In this document: in pieces, positions 1 to 9,542 of the stretch
Layout: every line of letters begins with the position of its first letter
Numbering within the stretch: position 1 is the first letter of the stretch
Source of the DNA: Bigelowiella natans CCMP2755
Lineage: Eukaryota > Protista > Cercozoa
Direction of reading: 5' to 3'
DNA length: 64,000 bases
Assembly: GCA_000320545.1 (NCBI GenBank)
Contig: ADNK01001594.1
Span: 1-64,000, forward strand
Notes under the pieces: model-generated
The model's input: the letters and a program-made list of their open reading frames with translations, nothing else
Databases searched by the model: none
What the model was told of the DNA's origin: nothing
Made by a program: the position numbers and the translations under genes

Positions 1-384
1 TGCGACTACCCAAAGTTTGTAGCTGCTGTGTAGTACATATAATTATATATATACCGTCTGACTACCTTGTCCATTTCTCTTTTCTCCTATCCTTAAGTAG
101 TTGCTAGCAGTTCTCAAAGTTCTAGTGATGATGATGGTGGAACATCTACGTCTATATCTCTTCCTGAAATAGTCTCAGCTGCTGGTGATTACTTCGAAAC
201 ACTTCGCATTCTATAAATTACATCTTTACATCGTGGTCGACTCTGTAATGAGCAACGATGCGAGCAGACATAATGACACAAGAAAATGTCAATATTTAAT
301 CGCACAGAGCTTTTTTGGGGAATCCATGAAAACTGTATCGTCAGCCCACTCATCATCAGCAAACGTCGCGATAAAGAGGAAAAG

Positions 385-425
<41 letters not shown>

Positions 426-750
426 ATATTAAATATAAAGCAATACACACAGAGTTAATTTTGAGCACAGGCTAGGGGTAGAGAAACACAAGTGAAATGC
501 TCGTTTGTATCAATTTTGATTGAATCAGGAGCAGATAATTGCGGATATTAAAGATCAATTCTTGAGGGAAATGATGAAGGACTATGCTACGGTACGTGTA
601 GATGTACTGAAACTTTGACGTTTAGCTTAAAAATTTTGCCTGTGTGTGTATGTGTGCGTGTGTGTGCATGTGTGTGTGGCACAGGAAGGAGCACCGGCAC
701 TTACGCTAGATGCCATTATGATCTCGTTGAAAAGGACCGAGAGATTTTGA
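1..750 (+). CDS. 3' end of an intron-containing gene, hypothetical protein (weak resemblance to the C-terminus of class I SAM-dependent methyltransferases)
   Basis: Exons 529-591 (EQIIADIKDQFLREMMKDYAT) and 685-750 (EGAPALTLDAIMISLKRTERF*) are joined in phase 0 by a GT..AG intron carrying a TG repeat. Stop TGA 748-750. Upstream exons not resolved; the 5' end lies outside the window. Confidence 0.55.
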
Positions 751-829
751 GAATCAATGAAAAAAAATCGTGACTGCACAGAGTCCATCCATTCCACTTT
801 CATTCGGAGTGACGAGGTCATGATCACTT

Positions 830-1420
830 GTGATCATGATTTTTGCTGTGCGCGCGCAAACGAACATGACATGTGCTAGCTAGCTAGTGCAAATACACCA
901 CCGCACGACACAACAGCAGCGCTCACATGGCACCGTGCGTGAACTGGCTACTTGCTGGTTTGCATCGCGATCAGTGTGCATTTGGACCATGCATCATGTC
1001 AGCATGATGCGTGGCGCTGTCGGGCGTGCTAGCGTGTCGCTGTGCTAGCATGGTGATCAATCGTTCGTTGAATGAGCCAATGCTTGCTTGCACGCACGTC
1101 GTGCTTGCCTGACGACAGCTGCGATGTGCATTGTGCTAGCGTGGCCGTTGACGAATGCTAGAGTGCATTTGACACGCATTAGCGCAGATGGGTGTGCATG
1201 GAACAATGTCTAGTTGTGTGCTGTGTCGGAGTGTTCGATGCACTGGACATGCTAGCATGGCTAGATAGTCTAAACAGTTTTGAACAAGTTTCACATTACT
1301 GGATCACGATGAATTCTATGCCATCGACGCTTCATGCCTAGATCGATGTGAATTTATTTTTTCGATCATGTCCAAGCTACTAGGCATCAAGCTAGCAAGC
1401 TTCAACGACTAGATGGGCTG
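830..1420. other. Palindrome-word-rich intergenic tract (GCTAGC, GCATG, TGCA)
   Basis: About seven GCTAGC in roughly 550 bp, plus many TGCA/CATG. Lies between the convergent 3' ends at 750 and 1612. Confidence 0.7.
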
Positions 1421-1611
1421 GGGCAAATCAAGCTTTTATTGCGCAAATTTATTTATTAGTTGTATCATTGAAATATTGAATGTAAAGTTGAACGAATGTG
1501 AACATCAAATATTGATCTACTTTACAAGCTGAACATTAGAAGTTGTTTTTCAACGTTTACACCCTTCATTTTCATCCTAATTAGTTGCTTGGATCTTTGT
1601 CGATATCATTG

Positions 1612-3501
1612 CTACTGGCAATTGTTATTTGTGACTAGGAGAATTATGGTAGGTATAGAGGCAGCAACAGCTAAAGCTAATATCGTTATGACGAAGAAAC
1701 TCGCTCTTCGACATGTTTTATCTCTTCTACGAAGAGCCTTTGATAATTCAATAAATTCTATTTGCTCTGAAATTGGAACGGGGTGCTTGGTTTGGCCTTC
1801 TTCAAGGAAAGCTTTTGCATTTTTAAGAGCTTGACCTCGTAGCAAAAGATCTTTGCTACCTTTCTTTTTATATTCCAATGCTTTCCTACAAAGCTCAGCA
1901 TGTCTCTGCACGTAATCGAAATCACAGTGCAAGGCTAGAAGTAGCTTCTTCATCCCAGCCTCGAAATCATCGCTCTCTCTCATGAAGGTCCAGTTCATTC
2001 GTGCAATTTCTGGCCAAACATCATTATAAGGAACATCTCGATACACTACTGGAACAAGAAGCTTCCCATTTTCTTTTGCAATTTCGATCTCATCCCGGCA
2101 GAATTTTGATTCCAGATAAGGTTCCGAGATTATTGCAATGACTGCATATGCATTTTGGATCGCAACTTCTATCTGCTCTTTCCAGTCTGTCGCAGGAGGA
2201 ATGTCGTTCCAATCTATCCATGGATCGACACCATTTGCATTAAGGGCATTAACTAGTTTCTTTGCAAATTGTGTATACTTCCTACTATAGCTAATCATAA
2301 TGTCACCCTTGAAATGCTGGTAGAGTCCCATGCCTTTGATTTCAGTCACAGAGTAAGGTCGACTTTGCTGCTTCGCAAGACTAATTTTCCGCACACGGAG
2401 ATCAGTTTCATAATTGTCGGGAAGAAAGGAAGGATAAAGCTGCATCCCTTGTCGATCGACTTCAGTATTTGGTGTCGTATTTGACCTATTGCGGGTGCTA
2501 TTATTAAATTCATCTCTACCTCCTTTTTGATCTCCTCTCTTACTTTTAGAATTATAAGATTTCCAGCTTTCTATTCCCATTGCTTGAGCTCCACTCTCAG
2601 AGTTCCGACGGGCAAGGAAGGTAGCTGTTCCATTCATACCTCGGGAGGAACTAGACATGATTGGAGTGCCCCTATGCTTACTATCAAAGAGAGGATAAGG
2701 TCTTTTGAAATCAATCATGTCTGTGCCTAGTGGATCGTCGACGCTTCGAGCATACAGGGAATCATTGCCGAGTACGCTGACGGCATTACTTTTAATTTCA
2801 TCAACCATCACGTCAGGAACTTTTGGGGGAACTGAACTTTTTGAAACACTTTCTTCTCGATAAGAATTTGGATATTTCATTGAAGATTTTGGAGGAGTTT
2901 TTGGGCTTCTAGTCATAGTCCTCGGGCTTGTTGAACGAGTGACTGAATGCTGAACGGAATTGAAAGTACTTGTGCCGGTAGGGGATATTGGTGGGATAGT
3001 CTCTATTGACAACAAGTTCGTGTTCTGAAAAAGAGACGGTGCAGAACTGCTGGTATGAAGCTTCTTCTTTCCCAACAATTCGTTTGCGCTGCTATCGAGT
3101 GCACTTCCTGTGCTTTTACCGAATTTTTCCTGGGGTTTTCCAACTTCCTTTACCATTACAAAATGGACACTGTGTTTCGGGACTACATCTAATTTATGTG
3201 GGTTGTTATTAAATAACTCTAATGATGCCTCCTCGTCACCCTTATTCTTCTGGTTACTTGTCATGCTTGGTTTCCAGATCTTAGAGGACCCTAGAGCACT
3301 AACAAGACTGTCTAGCTCCTTGTTGCTATTCTGGGCCTTGTTACTATTGTTCGTTTCGTCCTCGGAGGACGCTGCAACGCTACTCATTCGAGTGCCATTG
3401 CTGTTGCCAGTTGTAAAATTAGTACTACTGCCTCCAGAAGTACAGCGAGGGACATTATTGGAGGAACGTCTACCCTCGGCTTCCTCACCGTCCAGCCCCA
3501 T
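1612..3501 (-). CDS. TIR-domain (TIR_2, bacterial-type) protein with long Ser/Asn-rich N-terminus and a C-terminal transmembrane anchor
   Basis: Uninterrupted ORF; first ATG at 3501 (the track start at 3558 is GTG). TIR motifs: DIMISYSRK, PWIDWNDIPPATDWKEQIEVAI, SKFCRDEIEIA, LVPVVYR, NWTFMRESDDF (about 1930-2304). These are followed by LLLRG..L..A..FL and PISEQIEFIELS, then a hydrophobic helix FFVITILALAVAASIPTIILLV just before the stop. Confidence 0.85.
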   Translation of the reverse strand: MGLDGEEAEGRRSSNNVPRCTSGGSSTNFTTGNSNGTRMSSVAASSEDETNNSNKAQNSNKELDSLVSALGSSKIWKPSMTSNQKNKGDEEASLELFNNNPHKLDVVPKHSVHFVMVKEVGKPQEKFGKSTGSALDSSANELLGKKKLHTSSSAPSLFQNTNLLSIETIPPISPTGTSTFNSVQHSVTRSTSPRTMTRSPKTPPKSSMKYPNSYREESVSKSSVPPKVPDVMVDEIKSNAVSVLGNDSLYARSVDDPLGTDMIDFKRPYPLFDSKHRGTPIMSSSSRGMNGTATFLARRNSESGAQAMGIESWKSYNSKSKRGDQKGGRDEFNNSTRNRSNTTPNTEVDRQGMQLYPSFLPDNYETDLRVRKISLAKQQSRPYSVTEIKGMGLYQHFKGDIMISYSRKYTQFAKKLVNALNANGVDPWIDWNDIPPATDWKEQIEVAIQNAYAVIAIISEPYLESKFCRDEIEIAKENGKLLVPVVYRDVPYNDVWPEIARMNWTFMRESDDFEAGMKKLLLALHCDFDYVQRHAELCRKALEYKKKGSKDLLLRGQALKNAKAFLEEGQTKHPVPISEQIEFIELSKALRRRDKTCRRASFFVITILALAVAASIPTIILLVTNNNCQ

Positions 3502-3729
3502 AGGTGATATATGTGCCGATGTATCAATTGCTGGAAGGACAGAGGCAAGAGAACACACGTATCATCCTATTGATAGAAACTTATAAATGAAGGCGGAAAC
3601 TTCTTCGCGTCAACGTACGATTGAGTGCTGCAGAACATCTCAACGGCGAATACTTTCTTCCAAATCCTGGAACGTATGACTGAAAGTAATAAAAAGAGAC
3701 AAATATCAAATTGGCACTAAGTACAAGGT

Positions 3730-4160
3730 TCATGTCGCAGATGTGAAACGCAGGACAATGAACCCTTGCTACACCTGCACCTACTTTTTCTACTCGTGTT
3801 CCCGCAATGTGAACATGCTAGCATGGCAAAACAAAGAGTACAATCATTCGTTTGTGGCAATCCAGTGCGTTGATCCTCCTCCTTCTTCCGGTCCACGGAA
3901 ACACTTCATTCATCGTCATTTACTCGCATGCTAGCATGGTCTGTTCACGTGTCCATTGCATGTGGTCATGCACGTCATCATTGATGACGCACAGAACCAG
4001 AGAACCTGACTCACTGGACCTTCTGTTCGCGATTGCATCGCCCAAATTGCACAGTGCACGACAGGCACAACAGTGGCACGTCAGAACAAGCAGCCTTCGT
4101 CGACAGCCACAAAACGGCACATCGATCGCGCATGACCGTGGTGCACGTCGTGCACGTCTC
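3730..4160. other. Left half of a palindrome-word-rich intergenic tract interrupted by the retrotransposon
   Basis: CATGCTAGCATG occurs twice, with repeated GTGCACG and TGCATG. The same composition resumes at 9877. Confidence 0.65.
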
Positions 4161-4486
4161 TGTAGCGCGTACCACTACGCGGGCACAAGTCACGTGCGAC
4201 AACAAAGGGGTTGTCGCGGATATAGAATATAGATAACGTAGATATTAATACAGCATAGGCACGTGGGTTCCGGCGGGACTCATGGCAGCACACCGGAAGT
4301 GTGCTGCCCCACGTGCGGCGGCATTCGCGAAAGCTTCGCGAATGATTACGCAGTGCACGATTTAATAAAAATATAATCTTTAATAAAAATAAACACAACT
4401 CTTCAAAAGGAAGCAAACGTGCCTTTCCCCCCCCCTGCCTACTTGTGCACGTAGCGCCTCGGCCTGTGAACACCTTACGCGCAACA
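4161..4486 (+). repeat. 5' LTR
   Basis: Starts TGTAGCGCGTA and ends TACGCGCAACA (11-bp terminal inverted repeat, 1 mismatch). AATAAA signals lie in a duplicated TTTAATAAAAAT near 4361-4390. No differences from 9551-9876 on line-by-line comparison. Confidence 0.97.
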
Positions 4487-4491
4487 ACCTT

Positions 4492-4509
4492 TGGCTTCCA
4501 CACACGGGA
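4492..4509 (+). promoter_or_regulatory. Primer binding site (tRNA 3' end complement, tentatively tRNA-Glu)
   Basis: TGGCTTCCACACACGGGA lies 5 nt after the 5' LTR. Its reverse complement TCCCGTGTGTGGAAGCCA resembles a tRNA T-stem/acceptor/CCA end similar to eukaryotic tRNA-Glu(UUC). Confidence 0.65.
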
Positions 4510-4525
4510 AACGATTTGACTAACA

Positions 4526-7500
4526 ATGTCACAGCAGCTAGAAGAACAGCAGGACTTTGGCTCGCAGGCCGTGCAAGGGCACGAGCAGAAACAGGAAAGG
4601 AAGGGCGATACGGACGCTAAGGAAGGAGGAGGAACACCTCCACAGGCACCGCCGGGACCAGCACCCGGGATTAAGAAAGCAGATGCAGCAGCAGAGGCAC
4701 TGGAGAACTTCTACGAGGCGGACGACGAGGACGTGGCCGCCGAAAGCAAGAAGGTCGTAATGGCATTACGAGCCTTGCGACCCAGGGCGAGCAACTACGC
4801 CAAACTGAAAGTATCGATAGAATACAAGTATCAGACACATGATGTTTGGGCAGCTATCATGCAGGACATCATGGATTACGAAGCAGACTTACCTCCAGAG
4901 TGGGCAGCTTTGTTTAGGAACGACGGGGGTCTGGGCGCCTCGCGGGGGACGACCCAGAGCACCGTCAAGCAGCAGCAGCCGGTACAGCGGAACACCCAGT
5001 TCATGTCTGTTAAAACAGCACCGGTTATGATAACGAAATACAACGGGAAAAGAGGTGAGGCAAGGAGGTGGTGGAAGAACGCTAGGAGTATACTCTGCGA
5101 CTTTACCCCTAACCCCACCGAAAACGACAAGCTCAAATGGCTAGCTATAATAAAGCAAGCCATGGACCTTTACGAGACAGGCAGGACCCGGATCAGGCAG
5201 CTAGAGAAAATACACACTACAGTTAGTGGGCTACGAGACGTTGAGGCGATAATGAAGGCTTTTGTAAATGAACAGGATGCTAACTCCCTACCCCAGGCTA
5301 TTAGAAAATACAGAGCAATGATGCAGCATGAGAGAGAACCTGTTAGAGACTTTGCCACGCGCTTCCAGGATATGATCGACGAACTACATGATTTTAATTA
5401 CAACACAGGTGATGATCAGGCAAGGTTTGAAGAGTTCAAGTTAAAGATAAAGGAATCCACTTACGTTACGGAGAAAGGCTACACCACGATGGAGGCAGCA
5501 GTGCAGGCTATATCCCTACGCGAGCAGGAGCAGGACCGCAAGTTTACCAGCCCTAAGGTACCTGGCATAGGAAACATTAACGCTATTAAGCCGCAGCGAG
5601 ACTGGTACAAGGACAGGGAAGGTAACCGACGTTGCGGATACTGCTCACGTAAAGGGAAACACACCGCTAAAGACTGCAGAGACAGGAAAGAAGGACGACC
5701 CAGGATGACGATCAGGCAGCTCAACGAACACTACGAGAAGTTAAAGAGAAAGAAAGGCAGAGGACAAGGATATAACAACAGCAAATGGCAAGGCAGCAAC
5801 AACGGGAAGAACAATAAATATAAGAACAAAAAGCAGAACAGTATCAATGCTATACAGCAGCAGATAAACGGAATATTAGATCACCTTAAGCAGGCGCCGA
5901 CGAAGACAGCAGTACCAGCAACGCAGGACCAAGACAAGCCCATGACCCTAGACGACATAAAGAACTTAGGAGTATGCAACATTAATGACGAAGACGCTAA
6001 CAGGACTATCAAAGTTGCTATGACCAAGGTTAAAGTTAAAGACAGCTACGGAGACTACAAGAAACTACCTGCCCTTTGGGATAGTGGCAGCATGCCGAAG
6101 TCCTTCATAAGCCTAAGCACAGTAAGAAGGTTAGGACTATTGGATCAAGTGACTAAGAAAGAACGTAAATATGCTCAAGCAGACGGAAGCTCTTCCATGA
6201 AGACCGTCGGTGAGCTAATGCTAAAGCTACAGATACCTGGCAGCGACGCGGAGACCCAAATCAAGACCCGAGTAGCCATGACTTTATCCATGGAACTACT
6301 CCTCGGACAGGATGCCCTAGAAAAATTAGGGGGGATCATATCATTCTACAATCACAAGATATACTTTGCTAAGTTGCCAAAGAAGTCAGGCAGGACCATC
6401 AGCCAGAACATGATACGGCTTGACGAGTGGACCTCTGAGTCAAGCGTTAATGCGTTAGAGTTTATGGACCTAGCGGACAACAAGCTACCTACACCTACCG
6501 AGCTACGGAAGAAGAACCCCGGCAAGACCATCCGACAGATAACGGAGCTACTGGACAAGACCCCCCCAGCTGATGATTGGGATATCGACAAAGGCAAAAA
6601 GTACATTAATAAAATATTAAACGAGAAGTACTCTGACATCACCAAGCCGACGACGAAGCCCTCCAGCAAGCTTACCCCAGTAAAGATCGAGCTAAAGAAG
6701 GGATACGAAGAGTGCATCATCAATGACCCAGAACATAGGCGACCGGAAGCGGACTGGGAAAAGATAGAGTGGCAGATCAATGAATGGGCAAAGGAAGGGA
6801 AGATAGAGCCAAGCAACTCACCATGGAACGTGAGACATGTGCTAGCTAAGAAACCTACTTACCCTTTCTTCCGCCTGGCGCACAACTTCATCCGCCACAA
6901 CCGAGTAATAAAGAGGATCCAGACACCTACACCAAGGATAGATGACGTTATTGAACACGTCATAGGATACAAATACTACTCTTCCCTAGATAAAAATGAA
7001 TCATACATGCAGACACCCATCCACAAAACCTCCCGCCCCATTACCGCGTTCTCCAGCAGGCACAGGAAGTGGCACTTCGTCGTATTCCCTTACGGCCTAA
7101 GCATATCAGGGGATGCGTTCAGTAGTCAGAACTACAGGGCATACACACATGATGGGATGGCGTCTGTGTTGTGGGTGTTTGTGTTTGTGTATGTGGATGA
7201 TGACATAATATGTACCAACACAGTCGTCGCTCAGATCTTCCTCCTGGAAAATATATTTATTAGGTTTGCACACTTCGGTTTTACTATTAGACTGCAGAAG
7301 TGTACATTCCTAGCTACAAGAATCAAGTGGTGTGGATATTACCTGGAGCAAGGCCGCATCACCCCAAACCCCGAGAAAGTAGCAGCACTACAGCAAGCCC
7401 CTAAACCTAAGAATGCAAAGGAGTTAAAGTCATTCTTGCAGACTGCAGCTTGGATACTACGTAGGTTCTCCCCTACCTACGCTAGGACTGCAGCTGCTTT

Positions 7501-9499
7501 TACTACTGCTTACCGGAAGGAGAACTCTGTAGGCCTCAGCTTCGCTAAGGTGTGGGCCAAGGCTGGCCTTGATGCCCACTTCGATAACCTAATAAAGTTA
7601 TGCAGCAACACCCTATTGAATGCTAAGCTAGACACTACTAGACCAGCTACCCTATGGACAGACTGGTCTAAGCTAGGTATGGCCGCTGTACTTACCCAAG
7701 ACCAGCAGATCATACGGGTGTGGGGCAGGGCCTGCACAGCAGCTGAGGCCAAGTACAGCCCTACAAAAGGAGAGTATAAAGCCATGACTGAGGCGCAGAG
7801 GAAACTAAGACACTACCTGCTGTCGGTGCCCAGCTTCACCTTAATGACTGACCACAAGCCCCTCCTAGGCATCGACCGCAAGCTCGAAGCGCCTAACGAT
7901 GAGTATGCAGCTATGAGGGCGGACACGGAAGAGTTTAGGGACAAGAGGACAGTGGTCTACGCACCAGGAGACAAGCAGCTTGCTGACTATTTCAGCAGGC
8001 TGTTCGAAAAGAAAGTCCCTACCCAGGTCACCCCTATGGTTAACGCGATTACCTTCGAGGACGGCGACTTCCTGCCTGAGCCAGAGGAGCTCCAGCACCT
8101 TCAAGAACACCTGGATAAATACAAACACAAGCATGAGGTACTTAGTGATAGGATATATGTATACACTAATAATGTTAGGCGTACCTACGTGCCACGGCGG
8201 ACCAGGGGAGCCCTTCTCTTTACCGCCCATGGACCTGCACACGTAGGAGAAAACCATATCACTGCTCTACTCTACCATTACTACTGGCCCTACAAGCTAA
8301 AAGAGATAAGGACATACCTGCGTGGCTGCAGGTGCTCCAGCTTGAAGGCGGCAGGCGTCGCCACCAAGGAGTCCAGCAAGAGCCGTGCATCTAAGAAAAT
8401 CAAAGCAAGGAACTTCTTAGATATCGTGCAAATTGATGTTTATAAGTACGATGGCTATCACTACCTTACCTTCGTTGATGTGGCCACTGGAAAGTGCTGG
8501 GTTAAAAAGATTATCAAGGTCAACGTTGCTAAGAAGAACAAAGGCTTATATAAGCAGAGGCTTACTAACTGCTACCGTACCTGGGAGTCTGAGCTCCAGG
8601 CTATCCCTGATGAAGTTAGCATAAACAAGATACCAAAGAAGTTACATGTGGATAATGAGACCTCTCTTCTACAGCTACCACACCCTAATATTGATGCCTC
8701 ACCTGTATACTATGCCCAGTCCAACTCCAAGGTAGAGCGACTCCACCGCACCTTGGCCAACCTAAGCAGGATAAATAGCACCACACCAGACAAGATACAA
8801 GGGTTAGTAAACGACACCTTCACGTCTGGGGGAGGTATCAAGGATAAGGAGAGGGAAGAAGGCGACGACAACGACGACGATACCGAGAGCGAAGACGAGA
8901 AGGTCCCGTACGATGGCCGAGTTCTAAAGGAAGGACAGTATGTTAGGGCCAAGGTAAATCTGAGATCGAGAAATAAACAAGACCCCTTCTGGGGTGGCGT
9001 TGCAAAGGTTACCGAGAGGAAGGGGAGGAAGCAGTACTACATCTATGATGGGAACAGGGTCACCTTGCGCCACATCAGTCACCTAAAGAATTATGATATC
9101 GGTGAGAAGCTCCTAGAGGATGTTAAAGTAAACCCTACTGTGTGGGAGCGAGCAATGCCTTGTTTAGGACCCCGACCTAAGTTCGATGTGGAATATGGAA
9201 ACAATAAGGTCAGGGTGAACGACGATTGGCGCATGAAGATTGTCTATCTAGGCTACCCTGGATTACGAAATATGGAGAGGGTAGCTATGAAAATAAAGGA
9301 CGGAAAATATCAGCTACTCTACCTAGCTGTTCCCGACTTACCCTTTGAGCACTGGTATAAGGTCCTGGGGGACCTTGATGCAGAGGGCTGGTATGGACAC
9401 GAACCTAAGGACGAAGGTGAGTTCTGGGTAAGCGACAAAGGAGATAAGGTTAGAGAGGAATCTATTACCTGGTGGTTGGTGAAGTTCCGAAAGCGATGA
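4526..9499 (+). CDS. Gag-Pol polyprotein (capsid, zinc knuckle, aspartic protease, RT, RNase H, integrase, SH3-like module, Dam-like C-terminal domain)
   Basis: 1657-aa ORF. Gag QHEREPVRDFATRF; CGYCSRKGKHTAKDC (5633-5677); protease ALWDSGS (D at 6080); RT LDKNESYMQ, FPYGL, YVDD (7190); RNase H TDWS, KGEY, TDHKPL, LADYFSR; IN H-x3-H..CRC, QID (8435), VDN (8651), SNSKVER (E at 8735). Confidence 0.95.
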   Translation: MSQQLEEQQDFGSQAVQGHEQKQERKGDTDAKEGGGTPPQAPPGPAPGIKKADAAAEALENFYEADDEDVAAESKKVVMALRALRPRASNYAKLKVSIEYKYQTHDVWAAIMQDIMDYEADLPPEWAALFRNDGGLGASRGTTQSTVKQQQPVQRNTQFMSVKTAPVMITKYNGKRGEARRWWKNARSILCDFTPNPTENDKLKWLAIIKQAMDLYETGRTRIRQLEKIHTTVSGLRDVEAIMKAFVNEQDANSLPQAIRKYRAMMQHEREPVRDFATRFQDMIDELHDFNYNTGDDQARFEEFKLKIKESTYVTEKGYTTMEAAVQAISLREQEQDRKFTSPKVPGIGNINAIKPQRDWYKDREGNRRCGYCSRKGKHTAKDCRDRKEGRPRMTIRQLNEHYEKLKRKKGRGQGYNNSKWQGSNNGKNNKYKNKKQNSINAIQQQINGILDHLKQAPTKTAVPATQDQDKPMTLDDIKNLGVCNINDEDANRTIKVAMTKVKVKDSYGDYKKLPALWDSGSMPKSFISLSTVRRLGLLDQVTKKERKYAQADGSSSMKTVGELMLKLQIPGSDAETQIKTRVAMTLSMELLLGQDALEKLGGIISFYNHKIYFAKLPKKSGRTISQNMIRLDEWTSESSVNALEFMDLADNKLPTPTELRKKNPGKTIRQITELLDKTPPADDWDIDKGKKYINKILNEKYSDITKPTTKPSSKLTPVKIELKKGYEECIINDPEHRRPEADWEKIEWQINEWAKEGKIEPSNSPWNVRHVLAKKPTYPFFRLAHNFIRHNRVIKRIQTPTPRIDDVIEHVIGYKYYSSLDKNESYMQTPIHKTSRPITAFSSRHRKWHFVVFPYGLSISGDAFSSQNYRAYTHDGMASVLWVFVFVYVDDDIICTNTVVAQIFLLENIFIRFAHFGFTIRLQKCTFLATRIKWCGYYLEQGRITPNPEKVAALQQAPKPKNAKELKSFLQTAAWILRRFSPTYARTAAAFTTAYRKENSVGLSFAKVWAKAGLDAHFDNLIKLCSNTLLNAKLDTTRPATLWTDWSKLGMAAVLTQDQQIIRVWGRACTAAEAKYSPTKGEYKAMTEAQRKLRHYLLSVPSFTLMTDHKPLLGIDRKLEAPNDEYAAMRADTEEFRDKRTVVYAPGDKQLADYFSRLFEKKVPTQVTPMVNAITFEDGDFLPEPEELQHLQEHLDKYKHKHEVLSDRIYVYTNNVRRTYVPRRTRGALLFTAHGPAHVGENHITALLYHYYWPYKLKEIRTYLRGCRCSSLKAAGVATKESSKSRASKKIKARNFLDIVQIDVYKYDGYHYLTFVDVATGKCWVKKIIKVNVAKKNKGLYKQRLTNCYRTWESELQAIPDEVSINKIPKKLHVDNETSLLQLPHPNIDASPVYYAQSNSKVERLHRTLANLSRINSTTPDKIQGLVNDTFTSGGGIKDKEREEGDDNDDDTESEDEKVPYDGRVLKEGQYVRAKVNLRSRNKQDPFWGGVAKVTERKGRKQYYIYDGNRVTLRHISHLKNYDIGEKLLEDVKVNPTVWERAMPCLGPRPKFDVEYGNNKVRVNDDWRMKIVYLGYPGLRNMERVAMKIKDGKYQLLYLAVPDLPFEHWYKVLGDLDAEGWYGHEPKDEGEFWVSDKGDKVREESITWWLVKFRKR

Positions 9500-9542
9500 A
9501 GGTCTAAGGGAATAAGGAAGGAAGGAAGGAGCAACGTGACTT

